From Thermoproteota archaeon (GTDB lineage: Archaea > Korarchaeota > Korarchaeia > Korarchaeales > Korarchaeaceae), in the NCBI GenBank assembly GCA_026986575.1, contig JALSOH010000006.1, positions 384,001 through 448,000 on the forward strand: 64,000 nucleotides of DNA, in the 5' to 3' direction. A program made the translations under genes and the position numbers. A model generated the notes under the pieces. It was given only the letters and a program-made list of their open reading frames with translations, was not told the origin of the DNA and did not search any database. This document shows, in pieces, positions 1 to 10,465 of the stretch; within the stretch, counting starts at the first letter, position 1, and the number at the start of each line of letters is the position of its first letter.

Positions 1-34
1 ATCGTGGATAAGTTGAGGGACAGGCCCGGCCTCC

Positions 35-673
35 TCAGGAAAGTAATTCCTTGATAAGGAGAGCCTCTTTCAAAGTAAGCTGACCTGGTGCAGCTGCTTC
101 TCCCAAGAAAGAGTAGATGAGAGGCGATCCTAAGAGAGCAGCCATTCTCCTGCTAAACGAGGCCTTCTCACCCATGGAGAAGGCAACCAGCCTTCCCCGG
201 TGATCCACTCTCTTGTAGAGGTTCAGGACGCGGTACGCCTCGAGTTCGTCCATCGCTAAGGTAACCACTTTGGCCAGCCCGCCAGCACTGAGAAGCCGAT
301 TGGATATCCGCAACAAGACATCCATGTCTGGCGTTCCACTGGGATCGTGCCAGGAATAGATGGCGTTAGCGATCCTAAGGCCTCTCATAGCGAGTTCGAA
401 CTCCACATCCACTAGCCTCGAGATCCTCGCCAGGGATTCTAGGTACTCATGTGAGGGTTCAGATCCCCTTCCCCCATGCCTCTCAGTCCTCCATGTGAGC
501 AGAGTTCTCCCCTCCATCCCCTCTATCAGATCTCTAACCCTCTCGAGATCAGGAGGGGAATCCCAGATGAGGTCCATCCTGAACTCCACGATATCGCTTC
601 CCATCGACAGGGCCCGCTTAGCCTCTTTTCTGGCCTCTTCCAAGTTTCCACTGACGGAGGTGACGATCATCAT
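35..673 (-). CDS. aroD: Type I 3-dehydroquinate dehydratase
   Basis: EFRMD, LTWRT..HGG, SWHD, AKVV, SMG..SR and AAPGQ motifs; overlaps the upstream aroA' gene by 4 bp. Confidence 0.9.
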   Translation of the reverse strand: MMIVTSVSGNLEEARKEAKRALSMGSDIVEFRMDLIWDSPPDLERVRDLIEGMEGRTLLTWRTERHGGRGSEPSHEYLESLARISRLVDVEFELAMRGLRIANAIYSWHDPSGTPDMDVLLRISNRLLSAGGLAKVVTLAMDELEAYRVLNLYKRVDHRGRLVAFSMGEKASFSRRMAALLGSPLIYSFLGEAAAPGQLTLKEALLIKELLS

Positions 674-1449
674 TTCAGGTGCACCGCTGCCTCCTCAGGG
701 TCACATCCCTCGAAGATTATCGAGGCTATGGCTCTCACCATCTTCTCCGGATTCTCATGCTGGAACACGTTCCTCCCAAAGGCCACGCCAGCAGCTCCCG
801 CCTCCATGGCGCCGGCCACCATTTTCAGCACATCCAAGTCGTCCTTCATCTTAGGCCCGCCAGCTATTATGACCGGAACGCTCACCCCCTCTGTGACGAT
901 CTTGAACGTGTCGGGATCGCCTGTGTAGGGAACCTTGACGATATCTGCGCCTAACTCTGCCCCCACCCTAGCCACATGGGCGATGAGGTTTGGATCATAC
1001 TTATCGCTGACGTTGGGGCCCCTAGCGTACATCATCGCGAGCAGAGGCATGCCCAACTCGTCCGCCTCAGACGCCACCTCACCCAACTTGATGAGCATGT
1101 CCGGTTCACTGGGCTCCCCTCCAACGTTCACGTGAACGCTAACACCGTCAGCACCGAGCCTAACTGCCTCGAGGACGTCTCCCACCCTGACCTTCCTGTT
1201 GGGTTCGGGACCGAGGGAAGTGCTGGCCGAGAGGTGCATCAGCACCGGGAGGTGGGCCCCCTTTAGAGCCTTGATCATCCCCTTGTGGAGGACGACGCAT
1301 GTGGCCCCACCAGAGGAGACCCTCTCCACGGCCCTCTCCACGTTCTCTATGCCCCTTATGGGCCCATCGGTCAAACCATGATCCATGGGAACACAGAGGA
1401 TCTTCCCCTCCCTAATTATCCTAGATAACCTCACTTCCTTGCCCCACAT
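670..1449 (-). CDS. 2-amino-3,7-dideoxy-D-threo-hept-6-ulosonate synthase (archaeal AroA', DhnA class I aldolase family)
   Basis: PMDHG, HLSAST, ELGADIVK and GRNVFQH motifs; operonic with aroD. Confidence 0.85.
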   Translation of the reverse strand: MWGKEVRLSRIIREGKILCVPMDHGLTDGPIRGIENVERAVERVSSGGATCVVLHKGMIKALKGAHLPVLMHLSASTSLGPEPNRKVRVGDVLEAVRLGADGVSVHVNVGGEPSEPDMLIKLGEVASEADELGMPLLAMMYARGPNVSDKYDPNLIAHVARVGAELGADIVKVPYTGDPDTFKIVTEGVSVPVIIAGGPKMKDDLDVLKMVAGAMEAGAAGVAFGRNVFQHENPEKMVRAIASIIFEGCDPEEAAVHLK

Positions 1450-1510
1450 GGCGATCGATCACCGGACCGAGAGATGAATTATAAGGGTCCCTGCAACAGA
1501 AGCTGTAGAT

Positions 1511-2599
1511 ATGGAAGCAGCATCCCTCCTACTGAATCTCAGCATCGCAATCCTATCAGCTTACATGCTCTACAACGCCATAGAAAACTTGAGAGGCTTC
1601 AGAAGATTACCTAGACCAGATGAGACCTCATACTGCAGCAAGAGGATCTCCGTTATAATTCCCGCGAGGAACGAGGAGGGGAGGATAGGGAAGGCATTGA
1701 CCTCGATCTTGGGGAAGCTAGATCCGAACGACGAGGTCCTAGTGGTGGACGATGCCAGCTCGGACAATACGTACTCCGAGGCAATGGACCACTGCGACGA
1801 GAGGTGCATCCTGATAAAGGTTCTAGAGAGACCTGATGGGTGGAATGGGAAGCCTTGGGCATGCTATCAAGGTTACTTGCACTCCCGCGGCGATGTCCTC
1901 CTCTTCATGGACGCGGATGTCATCGTCAAGAGGGGAATAGAGGGAGTATGCGGTCTGCTCAATGAATACGACGCGCTTTCTCAGGTTCCAAGGATAAAGT
2001 GCGGCTCGCTGGCATGCGGATCCATAGAGATAGCCTTCACCTCTCTGCTCAGACTCACCTATCCCTACTGGAACATGAGTTATGAGAAGGGCTGGCTCGC
2101 TGGTGCCTTCATGTGGTGGAAGAGGTCGTCCTACGAGATCGTGGGGACCCACGAGTCCGTTAAGGATAGTCCGGTGGAGGACGCGGAGCTAGGCAGGAGG
2201 GCCGCGGGGAAGGGAATGAAGATAGCTTTCTTCACCGGTGAAATAGCGGAAAGCTCTTGGATCTCCTCTTGGCACGAGGGCCTACTCACCCTCACGAGGA
2301 TAATGACTGCTAGGGCGCCAAGGCCATTATCAGCTCTATTGGTGGCGTCAGTACTCATTTACGTGGCATTAGCCTCCTATTTGGTCCCAGTAACAGCGAT
2401 TATGGGTTACACGAATCCGATAATTTCGATCGTTTACTTGGTGTCCGTCTTTGGATATGCAGGCATCTCCTTCAAGGAAGTGGATGCAAATCCATTGTCC
2501 CTCGCTCTAGCGCCTGTCGGTCTCATTTTGCTGTCCGTGGCCATGGTGAGATCATCCCTAGGCGCTGAAATAGAGTGGAAAGGTAGGCTCTTGAAGTGA
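1511..2599 (+). CDS. Membrane-bound family 2 glycosyltransferase (CrtQ/CruC-like lipid or carotenoid GT)
   Basis: IIPARNEE, VVDDAS, GWNGKPWAC, FMDAD and VED motifs; N- and C-terminal TM helices. Confidence 0.85.
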   Translation: MEAASLLLNLSIAILSAYMLYNAIENLRGFRRLPRPDETSYCSKRISVIIPARNEEGRIGKALTSILGKLDPNDEVLVVDDASSDNTYSEAMDHCDERCILIKVLERPDGWNGKPWACYQGYLHSRGDVLLFMDADVIVKRGIEGVCGLLNEYDALSQVPRIKCGSLACGSIEIAFTSLLRLTYPYWNMSYEKGWLAGAFMWWKRSSYEIVGTHESVKDSPVEDAELGRRAAGKGMKIAFFTGEIAESSWISSWHEGLLTLTRIMTARAPRPLSALLVASVLIYVALASYLVPVTAIMGYTNPIISIVYLVSVFGYAGISFKEVDANPLSLALAPVGLILLSVAMVRSSLGAEIEWKGRLLK

Positions 2600-2610
2600 A
2601 CCGGACTCGC

Positions 2611-3884
2611 CTACCCAAGTAGCTCCTCAAACATCTTCTTCTCCTTGCAGGTGGGACAATACCACACGAGCTCCGCGTATCTCTCGTCACCCCTCTTCCT
2701 TATCCTCTGCTCGAGCTTTTGGATCATCCTTACTGTCCCATCAAGCGGAGCGCCGCACCCTCTGCACTTGGCTATCTCGTCCTCAGCTTCCTCCACGAAA
2801 TTCCCAGTTATGAGCAGATGCGGATTTATCTCCCTGCTCAGCTCTATGGCGCTCTCCGGGCAGGATTCCTCACATGCTCCGCATCCTATGCACAGCTGAT
2901 GGGAGAATTCGAGTTTCAGCGTATCCCCCCCTAACAATTTTGAGGGCCTTCGTCGGACACACTTTTGGACAGACGCCGCAAAGCGTGCACTCATCGGAGG
3001 ATACCGACACTCTGAAGAAAGTTTAGGTGCTTCAAGTCAATCCATTCATCCCTGTCCTCCAGCTCGGATGCAATCAGGGCTGCTTCCAGCGATGCGTACT
3101 CGTTGAACCTCTCTATCTGAACGGACCTCCTCTCACCTCTTGGCAAGGTACTGAGCTCCTTCAAGTACGGGTCCAAGAGGTCAAGCCCGATGCCCCTGAA
3201 TTCAACCCCCATCTCCTTGGAGAGCAGTACGGCAACGAGCGGGAAGGACCCCTCTTGGGATCTAATGACGCTCCCATCCCTCACCTCCTCAAGCTTCGAT
3301 AGGGGAACTGCGTGAATGACATCGGATTCCCTCGCAAACCTCCTGAAACCGATGAGCGTGAAGCTAGGGGGTGTCAGATAGCCGACGGGACAAGCATTGA
3401 CGCACACCCCGCACTCCGTGCACCTGCTCAGGTCTATCTTGACAGGTTTCTCCTTAATTATGGCATTCTCAGGGCAGCTGTCGATGCAGAGGTAGCAGTG
3501 ATCGAGACTCGCACACCTGCTATCTACGAGGGGAGCATCCATGTAGTCGAAGGAGGCCTTGGCCATTCTTCTGATGAGTATCCTCCTCTTGAGGGGCTTC
3601 TCACCCATCACCCTGTATGGGGCCTCCGATTCGAGGTACTTGGAGTACTCCACGTACTTATTGGGGTCTTCCCAAGGTGGCGAGTAGACCACTCGGAGCC
3701 AGTTGGCTCCATACTTCCTGATCAGCCTTACAATCACCTTGGCCCTCTCGGGAGGACCCCTCAGCACCACTGAGATACCTTCGTCCAACTTCTGAGCTAT
3801 TTCTAGGGCTAAAGATTCCGCATCGGTCTCCTCACGTACCTCTATCAACTCGACCTCTTGAGACAAAAGTGAGCACCCTTCCAC
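2611..3884 (-). pseudogene. Multi-[4Fe-4S] ferredoxin-like protein broken by two +1 frameshifts (pseudogene or assembly error)
   Basis: ORF 2991-3884 has CTECGVCVNACP and ORF 2611-2994 has CIGCGACEESCP. A third frame at 2954-2989 encodes CTLCGVCPKVCP and links the two; the shifts fall at about 3018-3020 and in the C7 run at 2925-2931. Confidence 0.75.
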
Positions 3885-3921
3885 CGAGACCTAACATCCA
3901 AAAAAGATTGAGGGGCGCCGA

Positions 3922-4359
3922 TCACTCGGCTCCAAGCAGGACCCTCAGCAGCAGCATCGAGGCATCCATGACGTCTCTCATCGAGAGAACGCCGACGGGC
4001 TTGCCCTCCTCATCCACCACGGGTAGGTGGGATATGTCGGCATCCTTCATCTTCCTAGTGGCCTCTTCTACTGGCTCCTCAGGCTTTATGGTAATCGGAT
4101 TCTCGGTCATCACATCCCTGACCGGTATCCCCTTACCGCAAAGGCCCCTGTATCCCGTATACAATATATCCCTCTGGGTGACGATTCCAACGAGCTTACC
4201 ATCCTCATCTACTATGAGTACGCTCCCAACTTGGTTCTCCCACATGGTCTTGATGGCATCATCAACCGTCGCGGTCACCGGGAGTGTGATCGGAGGTTTA
4301 CTCATTATGTCCTCGACTCGAAGGGGGACCTTCCTCTTAGGTTTCCATGCAGGGGACAT
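3922..4359 (-). CDS. Tandem CBS domain protein
   Basis: Two CBS repeats (VEDIMSKPPIT...GKLVGIVT; VRDVMTENPIT...GKPVGVLS). Confidence 0.9.
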   Translation of the reverse strand: MSPAWKPKRKVPLRVEDIMSKPPITLPVTATVDDAIKTMWENQVGSVLIVDEDGKLVGIVTQRDILYTGYRGLCGKGIPVRDVMTENPITIKPEEPVEEATRKMKDADISHLPVVDEEGKPVGVLSMRDVMDASMLLLRVLLGAE

Positions 4360-4531
4360 GCTATCACCTAATCAGCTTGAATAGGCAATAGCTTTAAACA
4401 TCACCGCACCTTGTCGGTTCCGGGAGCTGCGGGGCCTTCTCCCATATCCGGTAGTCTTCCTCTCGACGAACTCCCCTCCCGCTTGGAATAATCAATCGAC
4501 GTACAAACAGTTAATTTTCCTCACTAACGAC

Positions 4532-6505
4532 TTGAATACGGTGACTCGGATGCATAGAATGGGTAAGATCGCAGCGACCGTCCTTCTTATGCTCACATTA
4601 CTGGCGCCTCTAACCTCTGAGGCCTCTAACAGGAGCAGAGCATTCACCAGAGTTCCAGCAGTATATCAGACACCGGAAGGAATATCGATGGGTTCATTGG
4701 GAAACTTAACCGTCGAGGTCGAGCCTGGAGAGGGCTATGTTTACTTCTCCGCTGATCCTCTAACCCAGATAGACACTCAAGGGGCAGCCAGAACTGCTGC
4801 CTTGGTCGCTAGCTACACCTTAGGCAGGGATCCCCTTTCCTACAACTTCTACTATCGGTTGGAGTCCGATAGCATGATAATAGGTGGACCTAGCGCGGGG
4901 GCGGCCATGACCGTAGCTACGATAGCCGCTCTGCTGGGAAAGGAAGTCAGGCAGGATGTCGTGATGACGGGAATGGTGAACCCCGATGGGACGGTGGGGC
5001 CGGTGGGGGGTATACCGGAGAAGCTGGAAGCTGCCGCTAAGGGCGGAGCTAGGGTGTTCTTGGTTCCTGCAGGTCAGAGGGTAGTCGAGAGGACCGTGCC
5101 CAAGCAGGTGAAGATAGGGCCCCTCATAATGACTACCGTGGAGAAGGAGAAGGTGGACCTCGCCGAACTAGGGAAGAAACTAGGAGTGGAGGTCAAGGAG
5201 GTGAGCACAATCGCTGACGCTGCGCGCTACATGATCGGTATAGAGCTGGAGCGCCCAACCGCTAAGGAACCGACCCTCCCGAAGGAGCTCAAAGCGGTGA
5301 TAGAGAGGTGGGTAGATCACTATCTGAAGGAAAGCGAGTCCATAAGGGAGTGGGTGGAGGCGAACCTCAGCAAGCTTAGCTACATGGCTAGGAACGCGGT
5401 CGAGAAGGTTCTGGCATTATCGGAGGAGCTGTCGAACAAGGCCAAGAAGGAGTTGACGAGCGGACTGTATTATACAGCCTCGAGCTCAGCCTTCCAGTCT
5501 ACCTTCGAGGCCGAGTACGCGAGGTCCCTCGTCTACTTCGCCATATCTGGTCCCAAATCCATCGATCTTATAGCTGAGAGGGTGAGTGACAGGATAGATT
5601 CAGTCGGAAGTAAACTGAATGGGACGAGACCCAGCAGCCTGAGCTCTTTGGAGGCGTTGATAGCCGCCAAGACCCGTTACTACATGGCTAGAGACGCCCT
5701 CTCCAGAGCGACCCTGCTGGCATCCAAGAAAGTGTATTTCGACTCCACGGACTGGGGCGCCCTCCACTGGTTGTCCTACGCGTACTGGAGGGCGGAAACG
5801 GCTGAGACTTGGACATGGCTCTTCGGAGTGGGTAAGGGAGAGACAGTGCCGGAATCACGCTTGAGGAAAGTGGCTTCGGTCATGCTATACGAGGCGGAGA
5901 GCGTGGTATCATATGCGGTCAGCCTACTGCAGGACATTGGAGCCACATCCGATCTGCTCAACGAGGCCTCTGATGATCTCGATAGGGCAGGAGCTGCATT
6001 CTCTTCTGGAGACCTGTACGGGAGCTTGGGCCTGACCACCAGCGCCTTGGCGAAGGCGACGGCATCGATACACCAATGGTTCACCAGCGACCCCGAGGCC
6101 GTCCGGGATGCCCTCAGGAAGATGAGCTACTCCTCGATAAACGAACTACTTCGCAAGGGCATAATCCCCGTATTGGCATTAAGCTATGCGGAGACTGCCA
6201 AGATCTATGAGAGGTCAGGGAACCAATTTGATTCGATAGTCTACTTCGAGCTGAGCTCGGCTCACGCCCACATGCTGTCCTTGCTTACCTTGGCGGGTGG
6301 CCAGCCCAAGCAGACCCTTACCACGACGCCTACCGCAACGGGATCAGAGCTCCCCGCAACAACGCCCACCACGGTGATTGTCACAGTACCCCGAACTGTG
6401 ACATCGACCCCAGAGAGAACGGGCCTCCCCACTTCCCAGATGGTTCTGCTACTCGGGGCCCTCCTCATAGGGCTCCTCGCTGGCTACCTACTAGGTAAGC
6501 GATAA
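4532..6505 (+). CDS. Secreted, membrane-anchored S16 (Lon-like) serine protease
   Basis: GGPSAG catalytic Ser, MTGMVNPDGTVGPVGGIPEK Lys motif; signal peptide, Thr-rich linker and C-terminal TM; the true start is probably one of the downstream ATGs. Confidence 0.85.
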   Translation: MNTVTRMHRMGKIAATVLLMLTLLAPLTSEASNRSRAFTRVPAVYQTPEGISMGSLGNLTVEVEPGEGYVYFSADPLTQIDTQGAARTAALVASYTLGRDPLSYNFYYRLESDSMIIGGPSAGAAMTVATIAALLGKEVRQDVVMTGMVNPDGTVGPVGGIPEKLEAAAKGGARVFLVPAGQRVVERTVPKQVKIGPLIMTTVEKEKVDLAELGKKLGVEVKEVSTIADAARYMIGIELERPTAKEPTLPKELKAVIERWVDHYLKESESIREWVEANLSKLSYMARNAVEKVLALSEELSNKAKKELTSGLYYTASSSAFQSTFEAEYARSLVYFAISGPKSIDLIAERVSDRIDSVGSKLNGTRPSSLSSLEALIAAKTRYYMARDALSRATLLASKKVYFDSTDWGALHWLSYAYWRAETAETWTWLFGVGKGETVPESRLRKVASVMLYEAESVVSYAVSLLQDIGATSDLLNEASDDLDRAGAAFSSGDLYGSLGLTTSALAKATASIHQWFTSDPEAVRDALRKMSYSSINELLRKGIIPVLALSYAETAKIYERSGNQFDSIVYFELSSAHAHMLSLLTLAGGQPKQTLTTTPTATGSELPATTPTTVIVTVPRTVTSTPERTGLPTSQMVLLLGALLIGLLAGYLLGKR

Positions 6506-6561
6506 GGGCGCATTACATCTTCCTCTCACCCATTTTATCCCTTCAGCACCGGACACACCTG

Positions 6562-6777
6562 ATGGCAACTCTAATAGATGACCTTGTGGAGTATAGGAGA
6601 GGCAGGAACTGGCTGAAGAGGAACGCTCCCTTGCTCAGGATGAGTTATAGAGGTAAGTATGTGGCGGTACTTGGGAACAGGGTCGTGGACAGCGACGAGG
6701 ACAGGTACAACCTCCTACAGAGACTCTGGTCTAGGGGACTCTATCCTGGACCTGTTATAATTCATCTCGTAGATTGA
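6562..6777 (+). CDS. Small DUF5678-like protein
   Basis: YRGKYVAVLGNRVVDSDED motif. Confidence 0.6.
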   Translation: MATLIDDLVEYRRGRNWLKRNAPLLRMSYRGKYVAVLGNRVVDSDEDRYNLLQRLWSRGLYPGPVIIHLVD

Positions 6778-6963
6778 AGCCGTTTCCCAGCTATTTGAGG
6801 TCCACTGAATCACCTCGATCACTGATAAGCCTGAACAGATCACCATACAGGTTACTCCCTTAGGGACCCCTATTCAGTTAAAGAAAAATCCTAACCTTCC
6901 GGTGAAGTTCGATGGGAAGTAAGGGTTAAAAGCAAGCCGAATTAGGCCAGTTTAGGGTTCATC

Positions 6964-8190
6964 ATGACGAGCCGAAGGGAATTTTTGAAGATAGCGATAG
7001 CCGGTGTTGCCGGCCTTGTTGTCGGCGGAGCGGCCGGCTGGTCGCTTAGAGGACCAGGAATAAGCCCCGAGAAGATAGCTGAGTATGAGAAGGAGATAGA
7101 GAAGCTCAGGAAGCAGCTCGCGGAGAAAGGTGTGGTGACCACCACCGTGACGAAGACGATATCAGCGATGCCCAAGCATGAAGGTGCTTTGCATGTTTAC
7201 AACTGGTCCTATTACATTCAAGAAGCTTTGCTTGACATATTCGCTCAAGAGACAGGCATACCGAGAGATAAGATAGTCTACGATGTGTTCGAAGACCCGG
7301 CCGAGCCCTTCGCCAAGCTCGAGGCTGGTGGTAGCGGCTACGATGTGATAGTCCTTCCTGACAACGACGCGGCCCTCGCCATAAGGAGGGGGTATGTAAG
7401 GAAGCTGGATAAGTCCCTCATACCAAACGCCAAGTTCATGGATCCGAACTTCCTGAACCCACCGTTCGATCCCGGCAACAAGTACAGCTTCGTGTACATG
7501 TGGGGTACCACAGGTTACTCTTGGAGGAACGACCTCTGCCCTGAGGGGGTTAAGACGGTAAAGCAGATATTCGATCCCAATTACGGATTCCTCGAGAAGT
7601 ACAAGAAGAAGATAACCATGCTTCAAGAGGCTATAGAGGTTGTTCTCTCGGCCAAGGCCTATTTAGGCAAGGATCCCAACGACTGGAGCAATAGGACGAT
7701 GGAGGAAGTGAAGGAGGTCCTCATAAAGCAGAAGCCCTACCTCGCAGCCTATGCTGGTACCAGCGAGTACTTCCAAGGACTGGCTAATGGAAGTATATAC
7801 GTGGCTCACGCATATAACGGTGATATAGCAGTCTTTAAGGAGGAGGAACACCCGGAGCTTGCCGATAAGATAAGCTATGGCATACCTGAGGAGGGTGGAA
7901 CCAAGTGGACCGACAACCTCCTAATACCAAAGGACGCCCCGCATCCCATCGCCGCCCACCTGTTCATAAACTTCCTGCTCGACCCAGCAGTCGCGGCCGT
8001 TAACTCGAACTATATAAAATACGCGAACCCCGTGAAGGCATCTCAGCCACTCATGGAGGAGGATGTGCTCAAAGATCCGATAGTGTACCCGCCTGAGGAT
8101 GTGCAGAAGAGGCTGTGGTTCGTGCCAGTACTCACTGACGAACAGAAGGCCAAATTAAATGAGGTGTGGGAGGAGGTCCAGGCGGCTTAG
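6964..8190 (+). CDS. potD: Spermidine/putrescine ABC transporter substrate-binding protein with Tat signal
   Basis: SRREFLK Tat motif; VYNWSYYI, GYDVI, YMWGTTG, PEEGG..WTDN and FINFLLDP. Confidence 0.9.
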   Translation: MTSRREFLKIAIAGVAGLVVGGAAGWSLRGPGISPEKIAEYEKEIEKLRKQLAEKGVVTTTVTKTISAMPKHEGALHVYNWSYYIQEALLDIFAQETGIPRDKIVYDVFEDPAEPFAKLEAGGSGYDVIVLPDNDAALAIRRGYVRKLDKSLIPNAKFMDPNFLNPPFDPGNKYSFVYMWGTTGYSWRNDLCPEGVKTVKQIFDPNYGFLEKYKKKITMLQEAIEVVLSAKAYLGKDPNDWSNRTMEEVKEVLIKQKPYLAAYAGTSEYFQGLANGSIYVAHAYNGDIAVFKEEEHPELADKISYGIPEEGGTKWTDNLLIPKDAPHPIAAHLFINFLLDPAVAAVNSNYIKYANPVKASQPLMEEDVLKDPIVYPPEDVQKRLWFVPVLTDEQKAKLNEVWEEVQAA

Positions 8191-9386
8191 AGGAGTCTCT
8201 CCTCCTCCACGAATATCTTCATTCCCCTCTTTTTCAGCTCCTCGAAGAACGGCAGGGGTTCTATTACCTCCTCTGGGTGCTTCACACCCACGGCCTTAAT
8301 CTTGCCAGTGGCCATCCACTGGACCGTTATCGAGGTCGGCGTTCCGACGGTCACGGCCTGCGCGCTCAGGTTCCACTTCTTGTGCCACTCAGTATGTATG
8401 TCAACGGTGATCCTGACCCTCTTACCTCCTTTCTCACCCTCAGCTATGACCCTCATAACGTCGTAGTCGTTGGGAGGTATCTCCTTACCCTCCAGAGTTT
8501 CCATGACCAGCTTCCTCACCAGATCCCTAGGCACGATTTCAACGTCGCCTACCTTCACTGAGGTCTTCTTGGTGAGTCCCAGATCCGTGAGCAGCTTATA
8601 CTTGAGGAACAGGTCGTCGGGGAACGATATTCTGTAATCCACGAACTTCAGGCCCTTGTGTTTGAACACCTCGCCTACAGTCCAGACCTCAGGGTGCTCG
8701 ATATAGTACATCTTTTGTCTGCCCACTGGCTCGGGGAAGTCCATGACCTCGTAATCCCTGACCGGCTCCACCAGCTTGATTTCCCCGTTCTCCCAAACCT
8801 CCACCGGGTCCATGAACTCGTCGAATATGCAGTCTAGGGAGTAGGGAACGGGGAGCGGTATCCCGAGTTTGTCGTAGTCGTTGAAGTCTACCCATCCCTC
8901 TCTGAGTAGGATCTTCTCGACCCTGTCGAGCAGCTCGACCGCGTATCTAGCCTCCACATTTATCATCCCGGGACATCCGCCCATGCCCGGAATGGCGAGT
9001 AAGCCCGCCTTCCTGTAATCTTCGTCCATTTCCAGCTGCTTCTTCAGTATGGGGACCTCGCTACCCAGATCGGTGTAGTGCACGCCGGCCTTGAGGGCCG
9101 CCTGCATCACTTGGGGTATGAAATAGTAGATTATCCCGTTGACCACGACGTCGGCTCCCTCGAGGAGTTTAGCGGTCTCTTCAACGTTTCTTACATCAAC
9201 TCTGGCATATTCGAGCTTCTTTCTGGTAGTGAACTTCTTTGCATCTTCTACAACGGCCTTCGCCCTCTCCTCGTAGAGGTCAGCTACCAGTATCTCGTCC
9301 ACGTGAGGGCTTACCTCATCATCCGCAAGATCGTAGACTATCGCCGGAGCTACGACCCCAGCTCCCAAAACTACAACGCGAACCAA
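8187..9386 (-). CDS. Saccharopine dehydrogenase / carboxy(nor)spermidine dehydrogenase family NAD(P) oxidoreductase
   Basis: VVVLGAG Rossmann start, HYTDLG, GMGGCPG and HPE motifs; TTG at 9386 is preceded by a GGGGTGA RBS (ORF track starts at 9446). Confidence 0.8.
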   Translation of the reverse strand: MVRVVVLGAGVVAPAIVYDLADDEVSPHVDEILVADLYEERAKAVVEDAKKFTTRKKLEYARVDVRNVEETAKLLEGADVVVNGIIYYFIPQVMQAALKAGVHYTDLGSEVPILKKQLEMDEDYRKAGLLAIPGMGGCPGMINVEARYAVELLDRVEKILLREGWVDFNDYDKLGIPLPVPYSLDCIFDEFMDPVEVWENGEIKLVEPVRDYEVMDFPEPVGRQKMYYIEHPEVWTVGEVFKHKGLKFVDYRISFPDDLFLKYKLLTDLGLTKKTSVKVGDVEIVPRDLVRKLVMETLEGKEIPPNDYDVMRVIAEGEKGGKRVRITVDIHTEWHKKWNLSAQAVTVGTPTSITVQWMATGKIKAVGVKHPEEVIEPLPFFEELKKRGMKIFVEEERLL

Positions 9387-9682
9387 TCGATTCACCCCAA
9401 AGGAGGAAGAGGGGGAAATATAAAAACCCTTCGAATAAAGGGCCATGAATGTCTAGTTATTTTATTAACATTGGCGATAGAAGTAACTATCTTTGTGAAC
9501 TTAGTCCATTATAAATAAATTAGTTGCGTAAGATTCGACTTGTAAAGATTGCAGATGAGCTCGTGGGGATCCTTTCAAGCCCCCCTGGGGGGGAAGAGGG
9601 CTTATCCGACAAAAATCGGATCTATGACGCCCGATTTTATCCTCAAGTATATTTACTAAAAAGGGCAGAAAAGAGGGAAAAA

Positions 9683-10465
9683 TTACTGCTTCTCCATGGT
9701 CAGCTTCGCGTAAATGTAGGCGATTGTCATAGAGATAGCCATGATAACAGTGGTCAGAGCGTTGAGCTCAGGACCGACGCCTCCTCTAGCCGATTGAGAC
9801 CATATTATGAGGGGCAATGTCTGGAAGCCGGGGCCTGTGGTGAACGCGGTCTTTATGAAGTCGTCGAAGGAGAGGGTGAACGCTATCAGAGCTGCCGCTA
9901 TGATGCCGGGCATGGAAAGGGGCAGGGTTATCTTGAGGAATGTCTGAACCTCATTCGCTCCCAAGGTGAGTGAAGCCTCCTCAAGCGATCTGTCGAAGCC
10001 CGCGAGCCTTGCCCTCACCACGACGTAGACGAAGGATATGTCGAAGGCTATGTGACCCAGCAGAACGGTTAGCCAGCCTAGGTCATAGCCGGAGAACTTG
10101 TAGAAGAGGAGTAGAGAGAGTGCCTCCGCTATCTCAGGGATTATTATAGGGACATAGAGCAGGCTGTCTATGGCACCTTTCCCTCCTATATCCAGCCTCA
10201 CCATTCCATAGGCTGCCAAAGTACCCAGAAACAGGGAGACAAGCGTGGTGATCACGGCAACATTAAGGCTGTTGTAGAAAGCCACCCACACGACCTTGTC
10301 CCCCAGTAAGACCTGATACCACTTGAGGGAGAAGCCAGTGAACTGCCCCAACGTTCTGGACTCGTTGAACGAGAATATGATAACTATTATGATCGGCACA
10401 TAGAGGAAGGCGTAGACAAATGCCGAGTAGAGGCCCATCAACTTGTCCCTCAGGCTCATGCTCAT
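9683..10465 (-). CDS. potC: Polyamine ABC transporter permease
   Basis: FLYVPI...FSFN, LEEASLTLGA EAA loop and SFDDF. Confidence 0.9.
   Translation of the reverse strand: MSMSLRDKLMGLYSAFVYAFLYVPIIIVIIFSFNESRTLGQFTGFSLKWYQVLLGDKVVWVAFYNSLNVAVITTLVSLFLGTLAAYGMVRLDIGGKGAIDSLLYVPIIIPEIAEALSLLLFYKFSGYDLGWLTVLLGHIAFDISFVYVVVRARLAGFDRSLEEASLTLGANEVQTFLKITLPLSMPGIIAAALIAFTLSFDDFIKTAFTTGPGFQTLPLIIWSQSARGGVGPELNALTTVIMAISMTIAYIYAKLTMEKQ

Noticed and set aside
9524-9973. 149-aa plus-strand ORF and the many other antisense or overlapping ORFs in the track
   Set aside because: They overlap well-supported genes and lack motifs; shadow ORFs.
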